Below, piece after piece: positions 18,439-26,108 of a stretch of 53,476 bases of DNA. A model generated the notes under the pieces. The model searched no databases. It worked only from the letters and a program-made list of their open reading frames with translations, and had not been told where the DNA came from. The first letter of the stretch is position 1; the number at the start of each line of letters is the position of its first letter. The DNA comes from a virus (taxonomy: Duplodnaviria; Caudoviricetes): the IMG/VR virus record IMGVR_UViG_3300048574_000531, positions 1 to 53,476 of that record. The stretch is one strand, 5' to 3'. Position numbers and translations under genes: made by a program.

Positions 18439-19011
18439 TTAGGCTGCGTCGAGGCCGAAGGTCAATTGAAGCTGGTTGATGTACTCCAGCAATTCCTCCC
18501 CAGGGCTGAACCATTCGCCATGCTCGCGCAAACCAGTAAACCGCGCGTGTAGCTCTCGCTCCGCACCGAAGGATCCTGGTACAGAGGCTATAAGTTCGAG
18601 GTGTTCGCCAGCTCCAGTTTCAAGCTGATGTAGGCGATCCTCGACATTCATACTCGAACCGATCTTGATCGATCCACGACTGTTCCGAATGAAGTAAACC
18701 ATGCGGCGCTTCACCTTCCCGTCACCGTCGATCATCAATTCGTTTTCCCCTACGCCAGATAGCTCCAAAGCGTAGCGACACAAGCCCGCGACGCGCGAGT
18801 CTTCGCCAGAGGCTTTGATGCAAAGATCGATCTCGTTGATCGCTTCGAGGACTGCCATCTCATCGAATAGGCCGACAGTTCGGACGAGGCTGCATTTCAG
18901 GAAGACAGCGGCTATCCGATCTATTAGGTACTCATAGGCATCGGTCGCCTTCAAAGCAGCGTCCAGCCCATCAGCCAATCTCTTAATCTCGAAAACATTA
19001 CTGTCGCGCAT
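18439..19011 (-). CDS. GIY-YIG / T5orf172-domain protein
   Basis: VYFIR...IKIG.S.NVEDRL.QLETG...ERELH.RF...GEWF. Confidence 0.85.
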   Translation of the reverse strand: MRDSNVFEIKRLADGLDAALKATDAYEYLIDRIAAVFLKCSLVRTVGLFDEMAVLEAINEIDLCIKASGEDSRVAGLCRYALELSGVGENELMIDGDGKVKRRMVYFIRNSRGSIKIGSSMNVEDRLHQLETGAGEHLELIASVPGSFGAERELHARFTGLREHGEWFSPGEELLEYINQLQLTFGLDAA

Positions 19012-19012
19012 C

Positions 19013-19103
19013 TGTCGTTACCTCGCTCATCAGGCGAATAGGAACGCAGCCGGGGCGAATGGATGAGCAACATCCGCCGTTCGAGGGCGACTCTAGGCTG
19101 CGT
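19013..19103 (-). ncRNA. c4-like leader RNA (element A, copy 1)
   Basis: 91-nt direct repeat of 23177-23267 with one mismatch; ACGCAGCC/GGCTGCGT closing stem. Confidence 0.75.
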
Positions 19104-19151
19104 TTTTCGGTTGCCTTGCGGCAGAAATTGAAACCCCAGCGAGTGCCGGGG

Positions 19152-19520
19152 TTATCGAAGGGATATCCAGTCCACGTCCATGGTGGACCGATAATTCATG
19201 GTTACAGGGTCGCGTGACTCTCCGCCGTAGCGAGTGATGTAGCAATTCAGCTCAATTGCCCCTTCAATGGCAGACAATGTGCTTCTAGTCTGCGATGCGC
19301 TGTCGCCGTATACATCTACTTGAATCGTATGCCCTTCTGCGTCTGGACGCCCAGCCAGATAATTCTCCGGCTTGCCCGCTACTACCTGCCAGACGGCATA
19401 GGGCTTCTGCACATTTTGCGGCGCCATGCCAAACATGAAAAAACGAACAGGATTGCTTCCGAGTAATGCCGTGACTCCAACATTGGCTGCGCACAAAGCA
19501 AAGATTGGGGGCGTATTCAT
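19152..19520 (-). CDS. Tail terminator (DUF3168-like)
   Basis: FG.APQ...PYAVWQVV.G.PENYL..RPD...QVDVY. Confidence 0.85.
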   Translation of the reverse strand: MNTPPIFALCAANVGVTALLGSNPVRFFMFGMAPQNVQKPYAVWQVVAGKPENYLAGRPDAEGHTIQVDVYGDSASQTRSTLSAIEGAIELNCYITRYGGESRDPVTMNYRSTMDVDWISLR

Positions 19521-20017
19521 ATTTGCACAGCTTTCTTTTGAGCCCGCTTGATGGCGCGATCGATGGCCTTCTGGTACTCGGTGACGAAGGTATTGGTGGC
19601 GGCATCTATGTTCTGCTCGAGTGCGGGGCGCATGAAAGGCTGCGCGCGCGCATGCTCGTGCCCGAACTCGACAAATGCCCAGTAGCGAGTATCGCCACCG
19701 GGCCCGCCTGGCTCGGTTCCTTTTGGCCTTGACTTAGGAATTCGGGCGCCGCCCAGAACCCCAACGCGGAAACCAAGGTCGCCAGTTCGCTTGAACAGCC
19801 TGCCATTCCATCGCAATGTGATGTTCTGGCTGATGTCTGTTGCGGTGTCGGGATCGTCCAGGCGCTTGGCGTTGGCTTGCGCTGCTGCGCTAACCACCTG
19901 GGCGGCCTTGCGTAAAGCCGCTCGCCCACCCTTGCGCTTAACGTCATAGCTGACCGACTCAAGTTTGCCTAGCAAGCTATCCAAGCCGGTGATGGCAAAT
20001 TCGATGGTGTCAGCCAT
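19517..20017 (-). CDS. HK97 gp10-family tail-completion protein
   Basis: GLDSLLGKL...AALRKAA...YWAFVEFG...AQPFMRPA. Confidence 0.9.
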   Translation of the reverse strand: MADTIEFAITGLDSLLGKLESVSYDVKRKGGRAALRKAAQVVSAAAQANAKRLDDPDTATDISQNITLRWNGRLFKRTGDLGFRVGVLGGARIPKSRPKGTEPGGPGGDTRYWAFVEFGHEHARAQPFMRPALEQNIDAATNTFVTEYQKAIDRAIKRAQKKAVQI

Positions 20018-20627
20018 GGAACCTCCGAAACGCAAAGCTAGTGATCCCTTCCCGGCCAAGCTCGGATTCGGCCTGGTTCATTTCTGCCAGAGCGAACCCT
20101 TGACGCTCGCACCAACCGATGAAGCCATGGAGGCTGAAATACCAGCAATGCTCGCCCGGCTTGTAGTGCTTGGAGTGCAGGCAATCCAACTGGTCGCGGT
20201 AGATCGGCATGGATACGAACAACCATTCGCCGACATGATCCAGCAGCTGCTCCGGCTCCGGGATGTGCTCCAGGCTGTCCCAGCAGGTCACGGCCTCGGC
20301 ATGGTGTTTGTAGGGGTCGTAGTAGCGATCCTGAGCCTTGAGCCATGCCACGGCCTCCGGGTTCACGTCATAGCCCATCGCCTCGGCCTCAGTGACGAAG
20401 CGGCCACCGCCGATGCCGATATCCACCACCTGGCCGGAGAAGTGCCTGCGGACCAGATCGATACGTGCCCGGGTCAGCGCTTCGCCCATCGGGGTGGCAT
20501 CGAGGCCCTGGTATTTCTCGAAGTACGGCCCGGTGTAATCCATAGGAGGGCGCGGGTGAAAACCCATGCCCAACTCCTCAGACCAGAGCAGGCAGTCGGT
20601 CATGCCTTGAGGAAGCGAAACGGTCAT
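20010..20627 (-). CDS. Class I SAM-dependent methyltransferase
   Basis: VVDIGIGGG motif I, GYDVNP, VTCWDSLEHIPEP. Confidence 0.88.
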   Translation of the reverse strand: MTVSLPQGMTDCLLWSEELGMGFHPRPPMDYTGPYFEKYQGLDATPMGEALTRARIDLVRRHFSGQVVDIGIGGGRFVTEAEAMGYDVNPEAVAWLKAQDRYYDPYKHHAEAVTCWDSLEHIPEPEQLLDHVGEWLFVSMPIYRDQLDCLHSKHYKPGEHCWYFSLHGFIGWCERQGFALAEMNQAESELGREGITSFAFRRFHG

Positions 20628-20694
20628 TCGGACTCCACCTAGAAATTCAGGCAATAAAAAACCCGCCGAAGCGGGTTTTGTATGTAGGACGCGG

Positions 20695-20910
20695 CTATTC
20701 CTTTGACGCCATGTGCAGTATGTCATACAGGGAGCCGTTTATTTTCACAAGCTCACCGTCTTCAAAATTCATCTCTGCACTGCCACGCATAGATATCTTG
20801 TATCCGGCTATCTCTACAGTGACTGTCTCGCCTTTGCTGATTCGCTCAAACATTTCTACCTGATCTTGATTGTACGGATCAGCCTCTAATGTAAACCGGA
20901 TAAACGCCAT
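20695..20910 (-). CDS. Hypothetical moron protein (71 aa, AT-richer)
   Basis: Own RBS GAGG, upstream promoter/c4-like leader, downstream terminator at 20657-20680. Confidence 0.65.
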   Translation of the reverse strand: MAFIRFTLEADPYNQDQVEMFERISKGETVTVEIAGYKISMRGSAEMNFEDGELVKINGSLYDILHMASKE

Positions 20911-20943
20911 CTCAACAACCTCTAGCTGAGCCTCAATGTGGGC

Positions 20944-20992
20944 GTGGCAGGCGGTGAGGTTGCCGCTTTTCGGGCCGTCGCCCTAGCTGCAC
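20944..20992 (-). ncRNA. c4-like leader RNA (element C)
   Basis: CTAGGG-cgacgg-CCCGAAAAGCGG-caacctca-CCGCCTG; TTGCCG-N17-TAGTAT promoter directly upstream. Confidence 0.72.
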
Positions 20993-20999
20993 TGACATA

Positions 21000-21815
21000 C
21001 TACAATCGGTCCGCCCAAGCGGCAAAGCGTTGGTCATGATCGGCGATCCTTTTGTCGCAGGTATGCTGTTTCAGCGTGCATCGGCAGAAGTTGTCCGGCA
21101 CCGCGAAGGTGATGCGGGACAGGTCCATGCATTTGTCAGTGATATGTTCTGGCGAGTTAAAGCCGCCCTGCCCTCCGCAGATAATCAAGGCTGGCACTTT
21201 GGCGGCTATGGCGGCCGGTACGATCCAGCCAATGCCGCCGATTACCGCAGCGGCGTGTTGGAGCAGAGCTAGCAGTTGCTCAACCGGCAACTCGCCTTTG
21301 TGAAACTGGATGTCAGCAGGCGGCAGTGGATCAAGCGCCCATTCCTTTCCTGGCTCAAGATCGGCCACGGACACCACTTTGTAGCCCCTGTGGCGCATCT
21401 CGGCGGCAGCACTGGCGATGTATTCGGGCAGAGGATTGCGCGAGTCTGCCCGCCACTCAGCGCGCACCGTGGCAGGCCGCACCAGCGCATAGCGGCCCTC
21501 GACCGGAGAAGGTCCGAAGTCTGGTAGGTCGAACTCGCCCGGCTCGCAACGGAACGCCTTGCGCAGCCCCTGAACGATGGGCATTTGCCCGTAATGGATG
21601 CGCATCTGGCCGACGCCTACAGGGCGGTGCCATTCTTGCTCGCGCTGGATGTTGCGAAGCTGGGTGCGCAGTTGCGTGGTTGGTCGGACGCACTTAACTG
21701 GCAGGTCTTTCAGCAATTGCGGCCAAGGCGTTTCGACGTAGCAGTTCGGGTATTTCTTCAGAAAGGCGCGGATATAAACGCTGTCGCCCAAGCCTTGCAT
21801 CGACTTAATCAGCAC
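21000..21815 (-). CDS. Glycosyltransferase, GT9 (heptosyltransferase)-like
   Basis: N-terminal QGLGD; C-terminal LLALLQHAAAVIGGIG...AAIAAKVPALIICGG. Confidence 0.75.
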   Translation of the reverse strand: MLIKSMQGLGDSVYIRAFLKKYPNCYVETPWPQLLKDLPVKCVRPTTQLRTQLRNIQREQEWHRPVGVGQMRIHYGQMPIVQGLRKAFRCEPGEFDLPDFGPSPVEGRYALVRPATVRAEWRADSRNPLPEYIASAAAEMRHRGYKVVSVADLEPGKEWALDPLPPADIQFHKGELPVEQLLALLQHAAAVIGGIGWIVPAAIAAKVPALIICGGQGGFNSPEHITDKCMDLSRITFAVPDNFCRCTLKQHTCDKRIADHDQRFAAWADRL

Positions 21816-22167
21816 GAGCGACCTTCATTTGCCGGCAGGCGTACACCACGCGACAGGCCTGGTAGACCTCCATAATCAGGTCTTCCATGCCGACCAAGCC
21901 CATACGCTCCGCAACGTGACTAACGGATGGCTGACGCCCTTCCTTGGATAGCGCAAAGAAGCAATTCCATGCCTCCCTGTCCAGGGAGGCGCGGGCATAA
22001 CTCAGGAGCGATTCCCGGCTGACCTTCCATGGCACCGTCTGTGCGCTGCCTGATTCGTATTGGCACAAGATTTCACAGGCAACACTGCGCGCTTCGCCCT
22101 CGCCTTCCGGCCAGAACTTCACTGATTCGCCATCGACCTCAACATGAATAACTGCCTTGCTCGTCAT
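21805..22167 (-). CDS. Hypothetical protein
   Basis: ORF coupled to the GT gene, GGAG RBS. Confidence 0.55.
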   Translation of the reverse strand: MTSKAVIHVEVDGESVKFWPEGEGEARSVACEILCQYESGSAQTVPWKVSRESLLSYARASLDREAWNCFFALSKEGRQPSVSHVAERMGLVGMEDLIMEVYQACRVVYACRQMKVARAD

Positions 22168-22171
22168 CTGC

Positions 22172-22360
22172 TCATTTCTCCGCAATTCGATTAAATGCGT
22201 CCCTTGCAGCGATACCGGTCGCCACGCATGCGCCATGTATTTCCAGCGTGTCGAACTGGCAGCGCTTGCAAGCCCCGCACTCTCGATAGCTGAGTACCGC
22301 GCCAGCCTTTGAACGAACCGCCTGCCGATCTACCGTTGCCCCACCGCAACTGCATTGCAT
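22172..22360 (-). CDS. Small Cys-rich (Zn-ribbon-like) protein
   Basis: CSCGG...CGAC; RBS GGAGG. Confidence 0.6.
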   Translation of the reverse strand: MQCSCGGATVDRQAVRSKAGAVLSYRECGACKRCQFDTLEIHGACVATGIAARDAFNRIAEK

Positions 22361-22418
22361 AGATGCCTCCAGAAACGACGAAGCCCGCACTTGGCGGGCT
22401 TTCGTTCGTCGGGTTTGG

Positions 22419-23177
22419 CTAGGCAGCTTGCGGATAGATCAGGCGGAGCTGTCCGTAGCGCTTGTATGCCGCAGTGCAGCGCGACACGAAGTCCTGGTAG
22501 TCCACGCAGCCATTGGCCAGAGCGGTGATGGCGATCAGTTGCGCCTCAACTGCCCGGAGTGCGTCATCCGCCAGGTATTGGTGAATCTTCTCCCCTGCTC
22601 TGCAGCGAGATTTTGCAGCTTCGTAAACCGGCTTCGGCAGCGCAACGCCATATACCCATTCGGCAGTAATTTTTCCGAACAGCGGCGGCGTTCCGCTGGC
22701 ATGCCCGGTAAACGGCATGCTGGTCAGCCGGCCGAGCGCCCTGTAGAACGGGTCGGCGAATCGCTTCTCCCATGTTGCCGCATCGGGCAGAGTCAGCAGG
22801 GCAACGATTTGCTCGTCGCTGTAGGTGATGGACTGCGACCGGATCATGGCCTTGATGTGGCGGTCGCATGCGCGGGCGAACTTGGGAGAAAGCCAGCGAG
22901 CGAACTCGATGGCAAGCTCTGGATGAATCCAGGTGCCGCCATAGCGGCCTTTGCGCACCTCCACTAAAAGGTCGGGATTCCGGCTTTTAAAAATCTCTGG
23001 ATCTTGCTCGGCAAGTTCGTCCAGAGCCTCGCGGATATACTCGGCGGTCTGCTCCGTATCGAGCCAGTGCTGCGGCCTTTTCCCGAAGCGCTTGGCTGCT
23101 TCGGTCGCATGAATCCACCCGTCACTAGTGAACCGGATAGCCTGGCCTTCGAAATCCATCGGGACGATGTTGCTCAT
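22419..23177 (-). CDS. KilA-N domain protein with P63C-like C-terminus
   Basis: DGWIHATEAAKRFGKRP.HWL...GGTWIHPELAIEFARWLSPKF; WEKRF...FY...FGKIT..WVY. Confidence 0.88.
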   Translation of the reverse strand: MSNIVPMDFEGQAIRFTSDGWIHATEAAKRFGKRPQHWLDTEQTAEYIREALDELAEQDPEIFKSRNPDLLVEVRKGRYGGTWIHPELAIEFARWLSPKFARACDRHIKAMIRSQSITYSDEQIVALLTLPDAATWEKRFADPFYRALGRLTSMPFTGHASGTPPLFGKITAEWVYGVALPKPVYEAAKSRCRAGEKIHQYLADDALRAVEAQLIAITALANGCVDYQDFVSRCTAAYKRYGQLRLIYPQAA

Positions 23178-23267
23178 GTCGTTACCTAGCTCATCAGGCG
23201 AATAGGAACGCAGCCGGGGCGAATGGATGAGCAACATCCGCCGTTCGAGGGCGACTCTAGGCTGCGT
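23177..23267 (-). ncRNA. c4-like leader RNA (element A, copy 2)
   Basis: Repeat of 19013-19103; loop GAUGUUGCUCAU is the exact complement of the first 12 nt of the KilA-N CDS. Confidence 0.78.
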
Positions 23268-23293
23268 GTTTGGCGCCCTTGCGGGCGAAGTCG

Positions 23294-23650
23294 TTACTGG
23301 CCGTCGGTTAGGCCATCGGAACAGCGCAGACGCCATTCACGGCGAGCGGTGGCATCGGTCTCTGCGCTGGTGATGTTGTAAACCCGGCCATCCCAAAGAA
23401 TTCGCCAGGTGTAGAGTTCCAGTCGATCCACCGGGAACCATCGGCAGTTGATGCGCGCCGTGGTTTCTGCTTGCTTGGCATCGGCTGCGATCAGTTCTCG
23501 ACCGGCCCCAGTCAACACCTCAGCGGGAACATCTGGACGACCTGAAAACAGAACTGTCTCCCAGGTGGTTGTCACTTCTCCCGTCACAGGATCTTGTGTA
23601 TGCACCTGTCGCTGGAACTCGATGCGGTGGCGCATGCGGTAGGCGAGCAT
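23294..23650 (-). CDS. Head closure protein (head-tail joining)
   Basis: MRHRIEFQ...DPVTGE...W...WRILWDGRVYNI. Confidence 0.9.
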   Translation of the reverse strand: MLAYRMRHRIEFQRQVHTQDPVTGEVTTTWETVLFSGRPDVPAEVLTGAGRELIAADAKQAETTARINCRWFPVDRLELYTWRILWDGRVYNITSAETDATARREWRLRCSDGLTDGQ

Positions 23651-23651
23651 G

Positions 23652-23858
23652 TCAGTCCCCGTAGAAATGATCTTTCACGGACTCGGGATGCCAGGCCCTG
23701 GCCGCATTGCCAGAGTAGGTTTTCGGGCACGCTTTGATGTCGTGATCCTTCGCACCGCAATAGGTGCAGCGGAGATTTGCGCGCCTGGCACTTCCCGAAT
23801 AGGTGCTTGGGCAGAGCGCTTTCGTATGTGCACTACTTCCGCAGTAGGAGCAGTACAT
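23652..23858 (-). CDS. Double CCHC zinc-knuckle protein
   Basis: CSYCGSSAHTKALC and CTYCGAKDHDIKAC, both CX2CX4HX4C. Confidence 0.8.
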   Translation of the reverse strand: MYCSYCGSSAHTKALCPSTYSGSARRANLRCTYCGAKDHDIKACPKTYSGNAARAWHPESVKDHFYGD

Positions 23859-24179
23859 TTAAACCCCCAGCCCGCAGCGGTACGGCATCAGCTTCACCTC
23901 GGCCGCCTTGCGCAGCGTCTCGATTTCATCAGGAGCGGCCTGGTAGTTCGCCTGGAGCAGCAGCAGAACGCCTACAGCCACGCTCGGCGGAAGTCCTGGC
24001 TCGCTGCTGGCTGCCTCGCTGCTCTCTTCGCAGTTGCACAGACCATCCAGGGATTGCCGCCACATGAACTGGCAGGCTTCGTCTTCAGCGCCATCCAGCA
24101 GCAACTGGATCTTGGCGTCATCCGAATCGTGGATCACGTCCAGAAATGCCTTGGCCGTCTCAAGCGGGATCAGGCTCAT
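23859..24179 (-). CDS. Head-tail connector (gp6/gp15-like)
   Basis: LETAKAFLDVIHDSDDAKIQLLL..A...VLLL....Y...LMPYR. Confidence 0.9.
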   Translation of the reverse strand: MSLIPLETAKAFLDVIHDSDDAKIQLLLDGAEDEACQFMWRQSLDGLCNCEESSEAASSEPGLPPSVAVGVLLLLQANYQAAPDEIETLRKAAEVKLMPYRCGLGV

Positions 24180-24726
24180 TCAGCGCTTCCTCTAATGGCC
24201 GGCGAACGAAACAGGTCAGCGCCGTTTCGCGGGTGCAGTTGATAATTTCGATGCTTGGGTTGTTGCGCTTCAGCCGCTCGAACTCGGCCGGCCATTCCGC
24301 GATCTTCCCGGCGCTCCCAAGCCCTCTCGGATGGTCTCCGTGCCAGTGCGATTGGCTATTGGTTTTCTGCATGTCATAGCCCAGCAGGATGATGCGCTTG
24401 GCGCCCTTGGCGATGGCCAAGGAAACCGCACCGCCTCCGGAGTTCCTGTAGTGCTCGATTCGTGCCGTCTTGATGCCGAAGCGGTTGGCGTTGAGGGTGA
24501 GTAGTTCGCCCTGGAAGGAGATCTTTGCCTCTGCGGCGTATCGCTCCCACCAGACCTTATCCATAGCCCATAGCGCATCAGCCCAGGGTGTCAGTCGGAA
24601 TGTGGTGTTCGTGCAGACGGACGCCCTCTTCGGCGCGGCGTCTCGCCACTCACGGACTCGCCCGCAGTCTTCAGCGGTGAGGCTTGGGCCGCTGGCGATG
24701 CAGACGGCGACTCGCCAGCCGATTGC
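24160..24726 (-). CDS. Cst-II/Maf-like transferase domain, probably translated by -1 frameshift from 24591-24878
   Basis: Open frame lacking a start codon before VCIASGPSL; later NSGGGAVSLA...GAKRIILLGYDM and IINCT. Confidence 0.75.
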   Translation of the reverse strand, partial: AIGWRVAVCIASGPSLTAEDCGRVREWRDAAPKRASVCTNTTFRLTPWADALWAMDKVWWERYAAEAKISFQGELLTLNANRFGIKTARIEHYRNSGGGAVSLAIAKGAKRIILLGYDMQKTNSQSHWHGDHPRGLGSAGKIAEWPAEFERLKRNNPSIEIINCTRETALTCFVRRPLEEALNEPDPA

Positions 24727-24878
24727 TTTGGGGTTTCATCTTCGATGATCCGGCACAGGCCGCGGGCTTCGAGCTGTTTGGCATGGCGAAGAGAAGCCGG
24801 ATATGGTTTGCTCTTCGCGTTCCTAACTTGGCCGCCATCCTCGTAGGAGCGCAGCGGTTTGATCATGACTTCGGACAT
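24591..24878 (-). CDS. Small post-capsid protein (frameshift donor)
   Basis: GAGG RBS; contains C CCA AAG at 24726-24732; low-complexity Pro/Ser/Arg tail after it. Confidence 0.8.
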   Translation of the reverse strand: MSEVMIKPLRSYEDGGQVRNAKSKPYPASLRHAKQLEARGLCRIIEDETPKQSAGESPSASPAAQASPLKTAGESVSGETPRRRGRPSARTPHSD

Positions 24879-24920
24879 AAGCACCTCGAAATCAGGGCCG
24901 GTTGCCCGGCCCCTTACCGG

Positions 24921-26108
24921 TTAGCTGGAAGTCAGCGACCCGCTAACAAACGCCTCAGGCCGATACACGGCAAACGCCAGTCGCTCTTCAGCGCGGATGG
25001 TTACCATGTTGTTTTCGAAGTCCTTGTCGTTCTCGGTGGAAACCAGAACCTCGATGTCCATGCGGTCGAAGATCTGAGCGCCAAGCGAGAACGCGCCGGT
25101 CAGGAACTCGTCCTGGCTGATTGCTTGGGTCTCCACCACTGGCAGACGCCAGAGGGTCGGAGTGGTGCCGCTCTGCGGGCTGCCAATGATGTAGCGGTTC
25201 TCGGCGTCCTTGGTCAGCTCGATCAGAGCCCAATCGATCGGGTTGAGCACGATGCCGCTGGCCGGGAACTCAGCCAGTTGTGCCTGCAAGATCGCCAAGC
25301 GGATGCGGTCGATTCGCTGCTCAGCCACCACGGATACGCCACCAGGCGGCGCATAGGCCTGAGCCTGCGGGATGATGCCGTGCAGGTTGGCGCCAGTGCC
25401 GTTGCCGTACAGCAGTTGACCTTCTTCCACCAGCATCAGGCCATAGCGGGCGCGGGCGTCGATGTAGCTCTGCAGAGCCGCAGCGTCATCCAGAATCTGA
25501 CGACTGGCCTTGAACAAGTGAGCGATGGTGCGAACCGGCGCATTCTCCAGTTCGAAGGTCAGTTCGGAGTACGGCTTCTGAGTGCCTTCGGAGACCGGTG
25601 CGGCGTTGTTGGTGAAGCCAGTCTCACGGACGTATTCGATGGAGTTGCTGTCGGTAGTTCCCGGGGCCACGAGATCGCGAATGGTCAGGCGGCGCTGCGG
25701 CGCAGCGACGAGGCCAGGACGACGATCAGGAGCAACCAGGGCACCACCCGAGCCGTCGATGGAAGTGATGGCCGAGCGCGGCATGGAGACGCGATGCGAG
25801 CCACGAAGAGAACTGGAAACACCCTTCTCTTTCAGGCTGTCCGCCACCAGTTGACCAGCGGTCTTCGGCGCATCTTCGCCGTGTTCGCGCTTCTCGCTGG
25901 CCAGCATGGCCTGCTCGGCTGCACTCAGGCGTGCCTGCAGTTCGCCCTGGACGGTCAGCAGTTCGTCGACCTTAGCGCGGGTTTCCTTGTTCATCTCGCC
26001 AAAGTTGGCGATCTGGGTGTTGACTTGTTCGGCCTGGGCCTTGATCTGGTCGCCGACCTGCTTGAGGCTGGTGTTCAGTTCGCCGATTTGTTTTTCGAAG
26101 TCGCTCAT
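24921..26108 (-). CDS. Major capsid protein, HK97 family
   Basis: Coiled-coil delta domain; RRLTIRDL, VSEGTQKP, LLYGNGTG.NL.GI, NMVTIRAEERLA. Confidence 0.97.
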   Translation of the reverse strand: MSDFEKQIGELNTSLKQVGDQIKAQAEQVNTQIANFGEMNKETRAKVDELLTVQGELQARLSAAEQAMLASEKREHGEDAPKTAGQLVADSLKEKGVSSSLRGSHRVSMPRSAITSIDGSGGALVAPDRRPGLVAAPQRRLTIRDLVAPGTTDSNSIEYVRETGFTNNAAPVSEGTQKPYSELTFELENAPVRTIAHLFKASRQILDDAAALQSYIDARARYGLMLVEEGQLLYGNGTGANLHGIIPQAQAYAPPGGVSVVAEQRIDRIRLAILQAQLAEFPASGIVLNPIDWALIELTKDAENRYIIGSPQSGTTPTLWRLPVVETQAISQDEFLTGAFSLGAQIFDRMDIEVLVSTENDKDFENNMVTIRAEERLAFAVYRPEAFVSGSLTSS

